A stretch of DNA of 64,000 nt from Lama guanicoe (lineage: Eukaryota): assembly GCA_013239625.1 (NCBI GenBank), contig MU054187.1:2925757-2989756 (forward strand), given 5' to 3'. The notes below the pieces were generated by a model. That model saw nothing but the letters and a program-made list of their open reading frames with translations, made no database searches and was not told the origin of the DNA. Each line of letters starts with the position of its first letter. The first letter of the stretch is position 1. Position numbers and translations under genes: made by a program. Below, one piece after another: positions 26,734 through 40,352 of this stretch.

Positions 26734-27373
26734 CTTTAGTGCAGAAATAAACACAGCCCCTGACACCCATTCGCCATCAGACACGGTGCCCCCTCCCCCG
26801 CCCCGCCAGCAGCACAGAGAACCCGGAACAGCTGGTCTTCACGCCGGCGCCTCTGCTGTGTGTCGCAACCCAGCGCCGTTCCTGCGGGCCAGCGTCCACG
26901 TGCCGCTGGGTGGCCAGCGTGGGAGGCGGGCGCCGGCCGCGCACCACCGCTAGGGACGTGGCTGCTGCAGACGGAGACGTGTGAGGGTAAACAAACACAC
27001 CAGATTGTCAACGTAGCAAAGGTTTTGCCTGGTTTAGTTTCCTTTTCTTCTGCAACCCAGGGCTTGTCTGCCACTCCCGGTTCACTTTTAAAAGCATTTT
27101 CTTAAACCAAGACAGTTCTCTCCCTTTTAAATGTTCAAGCTCCAGCAGTCATGGAGAAGGCTCCTGTCCCCACCGACCTGGGGGCCTGAAAGGGGGATCC
27201 TGGGGTTCACCCCTGACATGAAGTGATTTTGGAGTGTGCTCTTGGAATGGAGCTGAAGGTTGTCACCGGCTGTGATGTGCTGAGGGGTCGGGATGTCAGA
27301 ACCCTGGTTGCGTGTCTGTAGGGATGGTAGGCTAGAGTGCACCAAACCCTGGAGCCCGGCTTGTGCTGAGGGC

Positions 27374-27455
27374 TGTTACGGGTTAAACTGTGTCCCCCCA
27401 GATTCTTATACCAAAGCCCTACGCCTGGAACCTCAGCAAGTGACTGTATTTTTTT
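27374..27455 (+). mobile_element. MaLR LTR (MLT1) 5' fragment
   Basis: tgttacgggttaaactgtgtccccca...cctggaacctcagcaagtgactgtattt matches the start of MLT1 LTRs. Confidence 0.7.
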
Positions 27456-28220
27456 CTTAAGCACCTCACCGCTTGCAACCAGCTTTGTGCTGCTCTGAGC
27501 TGTGCCACACGGTCCCCCGGCTTCTGTCTCTGCCTGATAAAAATCACCCAGAGTATGTGTCTTCTATTTTAGAAAAACAAACTACACACATTGGCAAGAA
27601 TGTGGAGGCGGATCTGTGAAGGTTTTAGGGGTCATCAGTGGGGCGCATGAGCGGCTGCAGCACGGTGACCGTGAACCACGACCACTGGGGATGTGAGACA
27701 CAGTGAGTGCCCCCGGGGAAGGGCCGAGGTGGCGGGGCTCCTGCAGGGAGGCGGGGGGTTGGGGGGGAAGAGCTGCCGTTCGCGGCCTGAGCTTCCTGCA
27801 CTGATCTTCCTACAAAGTCTAAAAACAACGGCGCCCACAGCCATCCGTCCTAGCTGCGGATCAGAATTTTACCCTCAGGGCAAAGGCCTGGCTTTTGCTG
27901 TAATTTGCTCCTGATGAGCGGACACCTTCACTCTGTACGCAGGGGACCTGGGCAGGTGAGGACAAGTGCCTATTAGACAAGGGTGTGCTGGGTGCTGTCC
28001 GGACCAGCTCTCCCTCCAGGAGCAAGCGGGGCCCACCAAGCCTGTCCACCTCCTGCCGCAGGGGCGGACGTGAACTTCGTGGCTGATGAACTCAAAGGGG
28101 GTTGAAGCCCCTTGGGTGTATCCACAGAGAGATGCTGCCTGGTTCAGCAGTCAGGGGAGCTGTCAGTGCTAACGAGCTGCACGGAGGACCCGCTGAGCCG
28201 AAAATGCTTTCATCCAGCGC

Positions 28221-28244
28221 TGTGTGTGTGTGTGTGTGTGTGTG
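28221..28244. repeat. (TG)12 microsatellite
   Basis: Direct read. Confidence 0.97.
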
Positions 28245-29989
28245 CTCGTGCAGATTGCTCTTTTCCCCAAAATGTTTCGGGTGACACTGTTTCATATATT
28301 TAAACCTTTTATTCTTTAAAAAGTTACACTCTTTGGTAAAATGTACTTAAACAGCTTGTATAACTAATTTCTTATAGACACCCCCAAATTATGCACATTC
28401 AGGACCGACATTACGGTGTAAGGTGGTATTTGAGCAGAAGAATCTGCCTTCAGAGCAGGAACGTGCGCCCTCACCCTGGGCAGACGCGGTGGCCGCCGAC
28501 GGCGCCTCTGGCTGTGCCCGAGCCTGCGCGCCTGCGTCCCTGCAGGACCGCACGGGGCTTGCTAAAACCGGCCGTGTCAGCGTGCGCTGCCTTCACGTGC
28601 GCTTGCTTCGTTGTCTGGTTGCTCTAAGTGGCTGGATTCAGTCTTTCATGGCGACGGAGCTTACGGCTCTCTGGCTTTGTTTCTGCTTTCTTCCAGCACA
28701 AAATGAGGCTGAACACAACCCCCCGAATATGATGCTTTCTGTAGAATCCTTTCTCCTGCAATTCTTGTCCAGCCCGCCTACTGTGGGGGCAGGAACAAAA
28801 TACAAGGCCATCTCACTGGTGCCTGGAGCCCACGGCAGCCGTGAGCACAGCTTAGCAGGGACCTGAGTGTCCTGAGTGCCAGCGAAGCTGACAGTTCAAA
28901 CCCTACTAAAGTTTAACGCCCACGGGTGAAGACACCCTTTTCTGTTAGACGCCAACCTCCCATGCCTTCTCTCTGCCCCCAGGCTGCTCCTCCTCATAGT
29001 CCTAGTATTTTTCTTGTTCTTTTTTTACTGAAGTGTAGTTGTTTTACTGTGTAGTGCTGGTCTCGGGTGTACAGCTGATGGACTCGCAGTCACAGAACGT
29101 TCCATCGCAGGACGTTAGAACAATGACTGGGTCAGTGCTGTGTGCTCCACGGTCCCTTTGACAGCCAGCTGCGATCTCTGTATGTCTTATTCAGAGATTT
29201 CCCCTTTACTGTGTCCAACATTAGGGATAACTTTGTTCCTTGCGGTCCATCCTTTTTACTTCCTGCTTACTGGATCTGTAATCGCTTATGCATTCTGTTT
29301 ACTCAAGGTAATACATCTGTCTGCCTGAGTCTGCCCTTCACATCACCGAAGCTGCTTGTACCCTTCTACCTGGCCTGCCCTGCACCAAAGGACAGCCATC
29401 CCCAGCCAATCCGTCTCTAATTTGGGCTTTCTCATGCCCATGGTACCCAGAGAGTTGAGTATGCTTTTGTGATCTCTATTCAGGCGCTTTTGAAATTTTA
29501 AAATTAACCAGTTGGCAAAATATGAGGCAGATTATATATTCTTGATTCCTTACAGACTTTGACAAATGTCTACATTATTTCAAATAATAACAAGAATAAA
29601 TTTTAATGGGGAAGCCCTAATAAAATAGGGTCCACATGTTGTTATTTTTTATATCTTGATTTATGGATGTCAGCCCTTATCGTTGGTAACATGTTGCATA
29701 AAGCAGGTTTAGGGAAGAATCAGGGAGGTTCATGGGGAAAACAGTTTGGACGATCATGAAGTTACAGTCATTTCAAAATGAACAAATGACTTCCACGTCA
29801 CTGCATGGTCTTTCCCTTTAAGTATTTGCTAACCAACAGACTCAGTCTTTTAATACCAGCAATTTTCTAAACAAAAACAACTTTTTATTCACCCACATAA
29901 AATGCTAGGTTTTTGGAAACAACAGGAGAAAAACCCAAAGCCGCAGCAGCAGTTTCAAAGGCATCATTTGTAATGCTCCCTCAGATTAC

Positions 29990-30015
29990 CTCGTCAGGCC
30001 CTTAGACGGATCTGC
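29990..30015 (-). CDS. Candidate 26-nt micro-exon (ADPSKGLTR)
   Basis: cttctgttatttcaaag|...GAG|gtaatc; phase 0 to 2 fits its neighbours. Confidence 0.35.
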
Positions 30016-31451
30016 CTTTGAAATAACAGAAGTGAATGCTTCGTATGGTTTGAAATGGAAACATTCCTTGCTTCTTTGTATTTCGTGAATGTGTGTAGTA
30101 TTCTACTGTAAAACACAAGTCAAAGGCTTGCAGTAATTGTGTCTGTCTCGTGCAGAGCAGCCAGCTGAAGGTGAGCGGCCACCAAGTTTGGGTGCTTCCT
30201 TGAGCTGTCATTTGAGGAGGTCAGGCCACCCATCCCAAAGTGTCAGAGCGTCTGCAGAGCCTGGTCTTCTTCCTATGGGGTGGTCGTGCACAGTGCAGGT
30301 GCCAGGAGACCTGCTTCCCGGATCCACCTCTGAGCACACGTGTGAGCTTGGGCAGGGCAGCCAGTCACACTGGACTGCACTGTCCTTACGTGGAGTGTCG
30401 TGGTGAGATACCTGCCTTACACAGTGTGTGTGGTTGCACTAGGGGAGCTGCAGATAATTCAGAATGACTAGGTCAGGGGGTGGGATCAGGGGAGTGGGGA
30501 GCAAGGAGCCTGGAGCAGAAGACAGAGTCCAGCTGACAAAAGGCACAGAAGCACAGTAGTGAACTAGGACTCACCCTGCAGGGTTTGTGTTAGCCAGAAG
30601 TTTGTAGTAGAGCTGTATATTTTTGTTTTCATACCTCATTCTCAATTAAACTTTTAATTTCTTTATTACACCCCCAAGCAGACAGCAACTCTAGGTAACC
30701 TTAAGAAAAGTTACACCCTTTATTCAAAAAGGTGTGTCTCAGTTAGAGCGTGTCACCTCTTGTGAAGGCACTGCCGGATAGCATTTCAACTACGGAAATA
30801 AACCACCAGGAAGCAAAAATTTAAACAAATGTCGTCAGAACTGAAAATAGTAATGCTGGGTAATTAACGCATAAAATACGTCTAATCAGATCATCACACA
30901 CACCCGCAGAAGTCCAAAGTCGGATCTTGCCGTCGGGGCCGGCACTGCTGCCTGGGATGACCTCTAGTCACGTGGGACTGCGGCCCACTTGGCAGGTGCC
31001 TGGTGCAGACAGAGCTGTGCTGTGGGTGTGAGACACACCACGGGCTTCAGACAGCTCATGTGAAGAGCACGTAAAATTCTTCAGTGGTATTTTTATACTG
31101 ATTATACGTTGCATGACAATAGCGTCAAATAAAATGTATTGCTAGGCTTAACCTCACTTTTTCCCTCTTATTTAACAAGGCTACTAGAAAATATTAAACT
31201 GTATATGTGGTACACGCACATTCCATTTCCATCCGAAAGCGTGGTTCTAGATCATTCTAGAGCAGGCCTAGAAACAGGGGCAGCGACTCAGTACTGTTAT
31301 TTGCTTTTCAGGTACTTTCTGAAGAATGACTAAAGCTACTAGAAGACAGAGGTCATGTTTCCTTTCATTCCTGGAGCAAGTGCTGTGTATCTCGGAGGCC
31401 ATGCGTGTATCCTTCTGTGTTTGTGCTTTGAAAAAATAGTCGGGAACTCAC

Positions 31452-31540
31452 CGCGGAGGCTGGCGATGTTCCTGCTGAAACTTGCATCTTGGGATGACCT
31501 TGGTTGCTGGCTGGGATGAGTCTCTGTGTGCGTGTCGCCC
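31452..31540 (-). CDS. Candidate coding exon, 89 nt (GATRTQRLIPASNQGHPKMQVSAGTSPASA)
   Basis: Acceptor ggtctttcag|, donor GCG|gtgagt; phase 1 to 0. Confidence 0.5.
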
Positions 31541-33659
31541 CTGAAAGACCCTCTTCAGAAAGCACAGTGTGCGAGGCTGCGGTGCGAAGAGATGGGAATC
31601 CGGGGCGTAAAGAATGAGGGCTTCACGTCTGAGATGCCCCGCGGGGAGAAATCAGCCACTGCCATCAAGTAAAGAATTAAGTCCTTTGCATTGTCTCATG
31701 TCCCGAGTCAGCGTTTACAGTTACCTTCCCGGAGGACAGGAAGTGTCACCGGCCAGCCTCCTGTCCCGCACAGGCAGGAACTGGGCAGGTCCTTTTCAAT
31801 AATAAAATTCACAGAGTGATCTGACTTGCCCTTTTCAGTCATGCTAATGGTCTGTGCTCCCACATCAGGTTCTTCTTAAAATTTTTTTTTTTAGCTGCTA
31901 AGTCTCAATATTAAAGACTTTGTATGTGATGGAAAAACACACTTCTTGGGCATTTTCATTAGATGAGATAGGAGTTGTACAGTTATTTCTAGCTGGAGAG
32001 CAGGAGGTGTTTGCCTGTCCGAGTTCAACCCATTTTCACTTTTGTGAGCTTGCAAAAGGTGAGGACCGAAATTCCAAATCAGCAGCTACACGTTCAGGAC
32101 ACCTAATCCCCAAGCAGTAGTAAACTGAGCTTCCGGGAATGCCTTTGACAAGAACATCTGCCTCTTGGTTGACGTGCTAAAAGTGAAATGAATAGTTTAA
32201 GGGTCTGAGATGCTGAAGATAATCCTCTGATCACGTCAGCGTCACTGTGCAAGCCCCCCTCCAGCAAGCGGATTAGCTCCTGATCCCCTTGTCTTGGCCA
32301 TAAAGGAAAAAGAGCAAGGATGAAAAGTCTCCTTGGAAGGTTTACAAGCCCGCGTCTAAGAATATCTCGTCGTTTTTCTTTGCAAGAACAGAAAGGAAAC
32401 CTCTTCATCAGCTGGTAAGTGCTGAATCCGGTAGAACGATGAGACAAACAGCAAACATTAACCGGCAGGACCACCTGCCAATTCACCTTCCTCCTCCCGT
32501 GAATGATGCACCTGTCAGTCCAGCTGGCAAATTGGAAAGTGATGTTAAAGACTGGGGGATCTGAGCAGCAGGCCCAGGCTCGGGGCTGGAGCTCTGAAAT
32601 GAACTGCTGGCGCAGGATCCGTGGTGAGAGCCGGTGGTGGTTCAAAGCCACGTTCACAGAGGAGAGCGGCTGGAGTAACAGTGATAATTCAGCCCTGAAG
32701 GTTTTCACAGCTGGCGTGTCAACTTGGCGTGGCTGCTCACTTGAGCTGTTAAGTGCGTCAGGTTTTCTCGTGACAGACACAGAGGTGGGGGGGGGTCCCC
32801 ACACAGCCTGTTGGGTCTGAAGAGCTTAATGATAGTCACACTCTTGGGGTTCTGAGCCCGCCCCACAGGGGCTGTTAGCTAATTGTCCGGAAAGCCCTCT
32901 GTGATGGTGCGCTCGGGGTGGTACCAGCTTCCGTCTGCTGGAATGCCAGGCATCTCCGCTATCAGTCTATTAACAGCAGCCATGCAGTGATGTGCGTTTG
33001 TGCATTGTGCGTTTAGGTAGAGCGTCCTTCACACTCACAAAAGAAGTTTTTTTTTTCGACTCCTCACCTAATTTACACAAGGGGCTCTTGTCTTCCAGAC
33101 GTCATTAATGTTGTAATGTTGTCACTTCCAACAAAAATACAATTTTTAGCAGTCTTCAATATTTGAATATACACTTGCTGACTCGATTCTCCTCTGACAT
33201 TAAAAGCAGGTAAGGCGGTGGGGTCTGGAGGCATTGGCCCAACCCCACGAGGCCGGGGAGCTGGGCGGGGGCTTGCAACGGATGTCCTGACGCCCCGTCT
33301 GGTCCCAGTCTAGCCACAGCGGAAATGAAACAAGCAGCTTAAGCTGAGGGTTAATATCCGTGTGTCCACAACGAGGGTGCTGTTAAACCATGGATGCCAA
33401 GAAGCCCACTGTGGCCAGGCCGGATGTTGCCTCACAGCCTGTCTGGGACCACATCCTAAGGGCTGTGTGGCTCCAGCGGCTCCAGTTCTAGAATGGAGGG
33501 TGTGTTCAGGGTTGCTCCGGCTCCAGCATTTCATTGCCTCCAAAATAGAACATGCCCATCTGGGCGCACCTGATGTCATGAAGGGCAGAGGAACGGGCAG
33601 AGAATAATAATAAAGCCACAGGGCTCTTGCCAGAGGCAGGCCAACGCCTCCAGGCTTAC

Positions 33660-33837
33660 CGCTTGGATAGTCGTGAAGGCAATGTACGTCTTCGCCCTTC
33701 TGCACTGACTGCACTTCTTTGCAGCTCAGCACTTTTCCAGAACGAAAATCGCGTAACTGAAACAGTGGGTGTCTCACCACAGCCCTTGGCTCATAGCTTG
33801 GGTGCTGGATCGTTATCTCCAGTTCTCCGCCTCTCCT
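33660..33837 (-). CDS. Candidate coding exon, 178 nt (RRGGELEITIQHPSYEPRAVVRHPLFQLRDFRSGKVLSCKEVQ...HDYPS)
   Basis: Acceptor agttcctctag| at 33837 (or ctcattttcag| at 33887, which puts a TAG in frame), donor GCG|gtaagc; protein-like composition. Confidence 0.5.
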
Positions 33838-34699
33838 CTAGAGGAACTTGGTCTCACAGAGCACGGATGGTGATAATGGAAGTGATGCTGAAAATGAGAC
33901 TGGCCCTCTTTGGTCCCGAGCCTGCATCTGAGATCCGCCTCACCAGCTTTCAGAAAGATGCTTACCCTCCCAGAGCACCAGCTTCCACATCTGCGGACAG
34001 AGTTGCAATCACGCCTGTGTCACGGGACCGCTGCGGGATTATGCGAGCCCAGAGGTGTAAACATGCTGTGTAGACTGGCAAACATCTCTCCAGCATCAGC
34101 TGCTTCCCATTCCTGCTGTCTCAAGTCCAGAGTTACAGGACCGATTAGCGGAGGCGGTTACAACTGATAAGGTCTAAACTTGGAACAAGATCATGCACGT
34201 GGAGGACTCACTACCTACTGATAAGGACATGCAAAGTCGATTGCTGAGGACCTTCAGTTCTTTGGTACAGGATACGTGCCCCTTCCCCTCCCCCAATTTT
34301 TTTTTAACAATTTGACTTTTTTTCCAATAACATCTTCCTGATACATTTAAACTACTTAAAGAGACAAGTGGTTTAGTCACCTGAAATGGAGGCAGTTTGG
34401 GTTGAATTTAACAGGCATTTTGATATTATAAGCAAAGCCACCTCTATCTTTAGTCTTCAAATATGAGAACATGTAGCTCTATTTTGATGTTTGTTTTCAT
34501 TCTACAAATCACTCAAAGCATTACCTCTGTGTTCTTTGAAATTTTTTTCCAATTACATCCTTGATTGATGTCATAGGCTCTCTTAACTGCATGTTAACTG
34601 GTTTATTAGCCTGTCTGCATTCCAGTATTTACAACTCAGGCTCTGGGACACAGGATGATGCACAGAGCAGTAACTCACCTCGCTCACATCATGGTGATA

Positions 34700-35426
34700 A
34701 CTATGTATCTTTGTGTCTGGCTCTTTCAGTTAGCACCATGCTTCCGAGCCGCATCCAGGTGCTGTTCCAGCCCTTCCTTTCCGCTGTGTGTATACACATT
34801 TCACTCACTCATTCATCAGTTGATTGATATTTAGATTGTCTCTACTTGTTTTTACCATTATGAGCAATTCTGCCACGAATGACTTACGTAAAAGTTTTTG
34901 TGTGAACATGTTTTCAATTCTGTTAGTTATGTGCCTAGAGGCAGACATGCCAGGTCAAAGGGTAATTCTGTTTCTAATCTTGTGAGGAATGGCCTCAGTG
35001 GTTGCACCATTCTACCTTCTCTGCACGTGTGCAACGGCTCCAGTTTCTCCACATCTTCTCCAGCACTTGTTATTATCCATCCTTTCAATTTTACTCATCT
35101 TAGTGTGTGTGAAGTGGTACCTCACTGAGGTTTTGAGTTACATCGATGGCTAGTGATGTTTTCATGTGCATATTGGCCATTTGAATATCTTCTTCAAAGA
35201 AATGGCTGTTCAGCTCCTTTGCCCATTTTCAAATTGGGGTTCTCTTTCAAATTGACCTTTGTATGTTCTAGATATAAGTCCCTTCTCAGATATATGATTT
35301 GCAAATATTTCCTCCTATTCTGTGGGTCACCATTTCATATTCTGGATAGTTTCACTTACAGCGCAATTTAAAAATGTTGATAGTAGCTAATTTATTAATA
35401 TTTGCTTCTGTGTCTTGCGCTTTTGC
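34700..35426 (-). mobile_element. L1 fragment (ORF2 3' end/3' UTR, L1MB-like)
   Basis: tcattcatcagttgattgatatttagattg...cagtttctccacatcttctccagcacttgttatt...tgatttgcaaatatttcctcctattctgtggg. Confidence 0.85.
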
Positions 35427-36895
35427 TCATTATGGTAAAAAAAAGTAGAGACAATCTAAATATCAATCAGCTGAAGAATGAATAAGTGTACAATTCAGTG
35501 GCATTTGGTACATTCACATTGTTGTGCAGACACTCCCTCTTCTGGTTCCAAAATATCTTCCTTCACCACAAATAAAGCCCCCAGTCGCATAAGCGGTCCC
35601 TCCCTTACCCCCGCCTACCGCGGCACCGGCTGCCTTCGGTGCCTGTGGGCTTGCCTAGTCTGGATGTTTCTGGTGTTTCCGTGATGAGATGGGCGCTCTG
35701 CGCTGTCTGCGCTGCCACGTGCCTGACGTGACTCCTCTAAGCGTGCTTTCAGCTTGAACGCTTGTAACTCTGCGTATGAGACCTGTCGTTTGAGCCGCCC
35801 ATTCAGCCTTGCTGAAGTTCTGTCAGTTTTGTCTGTCTTTGCAAAGAACCAGCTTCTGGTTTTGCTGCGTTTCTGTATTGTTTTGACTCATTTACCTTTA
35901 CACTCATTTATTCCACATTTATTTCTGAGGGACAGCCACCATGCTAAGGTTCTGGAAGTATGGGTAAAGAAGTCCACTTTCCTTGTCTTCATGGAGGGCA
36001 CCAACTTCTGCATTATTCTCAGACTTCAGTGTGAAAAAAATCTTCCTGTAAATATTCAAAGGGGACTATTGCTCGGTCATACATTGTATAGATTGTATCT
36101 CCTTAAATCTAGGCTAGGACCTAGGGCAATTGGGTGATCGTGATGCATTCATTTGTGACCCGTACACTGAGCTGCACAGCTCTGGTGAGTGAGCCAGAAG
36201 CACTAAGACAGACTTGGGGTACAGTGAACAGCAGCTCTGAAGGAAGTGTGCAGAGGCAGCTGGGAAACACAGAAAAACTGAGGAGAATCAGTAGGATTTA
36301 GAGGCAAAGTAGGAGGTGAACAGGGAAAGGTCTCAGAAGGAAATAGTAATTGAGCTAAATTTTAAAAGTGTAAATAAGTCTTAACTAGATGAAATGATTG
36401 GGGAAGAAGCAGCTAACCCGGCAGGGGGGTGGCCAGGATGAGCAGAAACAAGGTGGGGAATTTAGCAGCGTCCTCGCAGGGAACCACAGACAGTCTGATG
36501 TTGCTGGACAGTAAAGTGGCGTCTCTGTAGGAATGACTCGTTTTGTTATGTCTTTTTTAATTTTTCCCTTTTAAAAATCCTGGTACAGTCTAGCTGGGTT
36601 ATCATTCTTCAAAGAAAAACTGTGTGGACTTAGGTTTTAAGTTCTTTAAATTTTTATTAGGTCATAATACCATCACCAAGGCACTGTCAGGCTGTTGGAG
36701 GTTACTCACCAAGAGACCCAGCTGGTTCATTAGGTCAGTAGACTTGGCACATAAGCGAATCAGTTTTCAAGGTATGTGAGGAGCCAGGTGGTGGTGATTA
36801 TATGAAACTTGACATCTATGCCAGTCAGTTAATTAATGGCAAAAGCAGAAACAAGTGCTCTGAGATAAGGGACGGCATATTTTCTGCGCTCTCAC

Positions 36896-36955
36896 CCAGA
36901 AGAGTGTCATACGTAGATGGGGGCGGCAAGGGGGAAACAGCGGAGCTGACGACCG
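36896..36955 (-). CDS. Candidate exon, 60 nt (RSSAPLFPPCRPHLRMTLFW in phase 0; VVSSAVSPLPPPSTYDTLL in phase 1)
   Basis: Strong acceptor cttatttttgatttttcacag|, donor TGG|gtgaga. Confidence 0.5.
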
Positions 36956-39460
36956 CTGTGAAAAATCAAAAATAAGTGAGAGCCCGTACTTCTTACACTG
37001 TGGGTCGAAGACCGAAAGAAATTTCTGGTGTGCGTAAAACATGTTTCTAAAAACGTCTGCATTGTATACCTTTATATTCAGAGCAGCAGCAGTTTTAAGC
37101 CAGATCTACTTGCTTTCCCACTCATATTCTTGATTTCTCACTTAAACAATCCTGCTCGTCCAGTCACGGAATCTCCCCTCTGGATTTTCTGTTAGGCCTG
37201 TAGAATTAATGTGGAAGAAAGCCACAATCATTCATTCAGCAACATTTCCTATTATGTTTTCAGCTCTCCAGGAAGACTTAGAACTCTTCCCTCCACTGGA
37301 TGTGACATTTGTTCTTAAGAGTAAAAGGTGGGCCAGGGAAAAGTTATTAGGAAAAAAAACGGTGCTGCAAAGCCAGACTGAGCCCAGAGCAAGAAATCCT
37401 CTTTCCCTTGAGCCCTGGCACAACCTCTCCGTGGAATGAGATTTTATTCCTGGAGTCTCAGTGGTAGAGAAAATCACCTAGGGTTTTTTTTATTATTGCT
37501 ATTATTATTATTATTTGATTTTGGCTTTAATCTTAAACAATGTAATAACTGAGTAGCATTTAACCGCACGCTGAGGGCAGCAGTAACGAGTGTCACTGCT
37601 TGTGATAGGAGCAGTCACTTTGCATCAGGTCTGCTCGGGTGAGTCCTCAGCGCAGGACCAGTCGAGGGTGCGCAGGGCTCCCCGTCCGGAACCTCTTCAC
37701 AAAGGCAGAAGGTGCACAGTGTCTGAGGGCGAGCTATGTTTCCTCATCACATTTGTGATGCTTCTGTGACAAAACGCCAAAAGGTCAAGCAACGTCTTGG
37801 GTTGATGATACTTTAAATTGCGTGAAACAGCTCCCCGTCACCCAGGGAGCGCTCGCTTAGAAGAGCGCTCCTGCTGCTTTCCCTGCTTCTTCGTAAGCCT
37901 GAAACGCAAGGTCTGCGCTGGTCGGGCACCAGGCTTTCCCGGGCCGCAGTTCCCTTTTCTGTGACGTGAGTGAGTTGGACGAATGGTCTCTTCTTCCCAG
38001 TTCTGAAAGCCTACACTTTATCTTACAACACCCAGAGGCTGCCCTAGTGAAGACACCAACCATGCACATTGCGCTCCTCACGCATCATTTTCAGACGAGC
38101 TCCTCGAGCAGTGGGCTGGCAGGCGCCACGTCCTTCCCCGTGCTCCGCTGCACCTGCGCCTGCTGAGACGGCGTGCAGGTTTCGGTTTGCTGAGTGCGAT
38201 TTCATTAAAATAAGAAAAGTGATCCCCAAGAAATCACCTGAATGATCTCTATCTGCATACATGAATAATATTTTCTATTCCTCTGTTTCTAGCTTTAGAT
38301 CACTCTAAATGGGCCACCTATTAGACACTTATCACCTGGGTACAAATGGCACAGGCAGGATCAAGTGAGCGATGGGAGACAACAGGACAGGGGGGCAGCT
38401 GACCTTCTGCCTTCCTCCCCGGAAGTGCCTTAGTTTATCCCTGGAGTCCTGGCCCCCAGCCTGACGCAGGTGCAGGGTAGATGATAAGGGCAAGTCACCC
38501 CAAGCCTTAGGAGGTCAATTCAAAGGACCCAGAGGGCCCTGAACATCCGGCCAGGAAATTGACGACCAAAACATCCCAGTGGTCTTTCTTCCCTCCCTCC
38601 CTCCCCTCCTCCTTCCCTTCCTCCCTTTTCTCTGCTGTGTGGGTCTGTTCAGCTCTGGAGCTCTGTGGGCTCGCTGGCTGATGGAGACGGTAGCAGGGTC
38701 AGGCCGTGACCCTTGACTTCTTACTGCAGAGGCATCATCGGGCTCCTGGGTGGCGGCGGCCCCTGTGCATGTGTTTTTCCCTAACTCTGATCCATCAGAT
38801 GTGTCCACCTGGTTGCTGGTCCCTGATGGAAGATATGGGCGGAACTTGAAGACAGGCTTCAGGGTGACCCCTGTGCACTGTGGAGAGGGGCAGCCCAGGA
38901 CACCTTGCTTCCCAGCTGTCTGAGCTGCTGGGCTTCACACGCCGCCCGGTGGGTCTAAGGCATAGTCCCCAGTTCTGAAGGAGACTCTCCTCACTGAAGC
39001 GACCCTCCCGTGCGAGCCGGCTGCACTTCCTGGTGTGGGCAGAGGTGGGGACGCCGCCCTGCGGGGCGCCCTCTAGCTCCTGGAAAGGGTACGCAGGGAA
39101 AGGCAGCAGGAGGGGAAACAGCCCCACACTGCTGGTTCTTCCTTCTCAGTCACCTCGGACCTCAAAACCAGCATTTATCTTAAAGCAGCGCCGACTAGTC
39201 CTAGCGCTGCCTTCAGACTCACGTCTGACAGAAGTGAAACCAGCTGCAGTGAGCTCTTCCTCGGTGCCAGGTGCTCTTCTAAGTCCCCAGTAGGTGTTAA
39301 GCATTTAATCTGCAAAACAATTACATAATTCAAGCTCTATTAATATTCCCTTTGTGTAATGTCCAAACTCATGTACAACTAAGTTAATAATTAAGTTAAT
39401 ATCTTGTTCTTGGTGATAAAATATGGCTAGAAGGTAAAAAGGCTGAAATTTGAACCCTTT

Positions 39461-39510
39461 ACTAACCCATTACTAACCCAACCCTAACCCTAACCCTAAG
39501 CCTAAATCCA
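39461..39510. repeat. Short interstitial telomere-like repeat (CCCTAA)n
   Basis: actaacccattactaacccaa-ccctaa-ccctaa-ccctaa-gcctaa; three perfect units at 39482-39499. Confidence 0.8.
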
Positions 39511-40352
39511 AACACAGTCCTAACACACTGTCTCTAGAAACCTCACACTTAGCCTCTGTGCTATAACGAACTATCATTTGGGCACTAGTCAAATCATTCA
39601 ATGTAAAAAAAATGCATAGAGATCACCATCTGCTGAAAATGATCAGATAATTTCACTAAACACAGTGATGGATCATGAATAGCTCAGTGTCATGGCTTTG
39701 GGCTAGTGACTGGAAGGGAGTATTTAAAAGATGTATTTGTCATTGTTCCAGCCTAAGTTCCACATGGTTTTCAAGCGGAAAAATGCTCCATTTGGAATAA
39801 AAGAAGATGCATTTGTGAGGGTAACAGAAATGGGATTCTCATTTTTAACGTTGCCTTGTCACTCTTAAAAAAAAAAGTCCTTTTCTTTGGTAAGACTTTA
39901 TCTTGCCTCAGAGATGCTAGTAAACAGTATTCTATCATCAAAATGAAGTGCTGTCAGAATATTAAATTAGTTACATAGCAAGCTAGTTACTGAGCACACA
40001 CACACTAGGTCTGCTGCACCCCAAAGACTGGCAAGGGGCGAAGGAGAGCAGAAACCATCAACGTTCAGATGGATTTGCCGTGAACTGAAAGCTCATTTAG
40101 AAAATGACAGATTCTTTCCCCTCGTGAGCCAAACTCGAGCCGTAGGTTCGATGGAAATTAAATTTCACATTCAGTTCTACATTCAAACACAGTAACAATC
40201 AAAATCAGATCCAGGGCCCACAAGCAGGCCAATAAAACAAGGCCAAGAGACAGCAGAAGAACAGCCCGCAGTGATCCTGTCCATCCCAGCGCTTTCGCCC
40301 CAGCAGAGATTAGAGGCGGTCCGTACGCACCAAATATGTGCTTCGCATCTAC

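Noticed and set aside
32103..32804. Longest ORF in the track (233 aa, minus strand)
   Set aside because: Non-ATG start, no recognisable domain, no convincing flanking splice sites; lies in a predicted intron.
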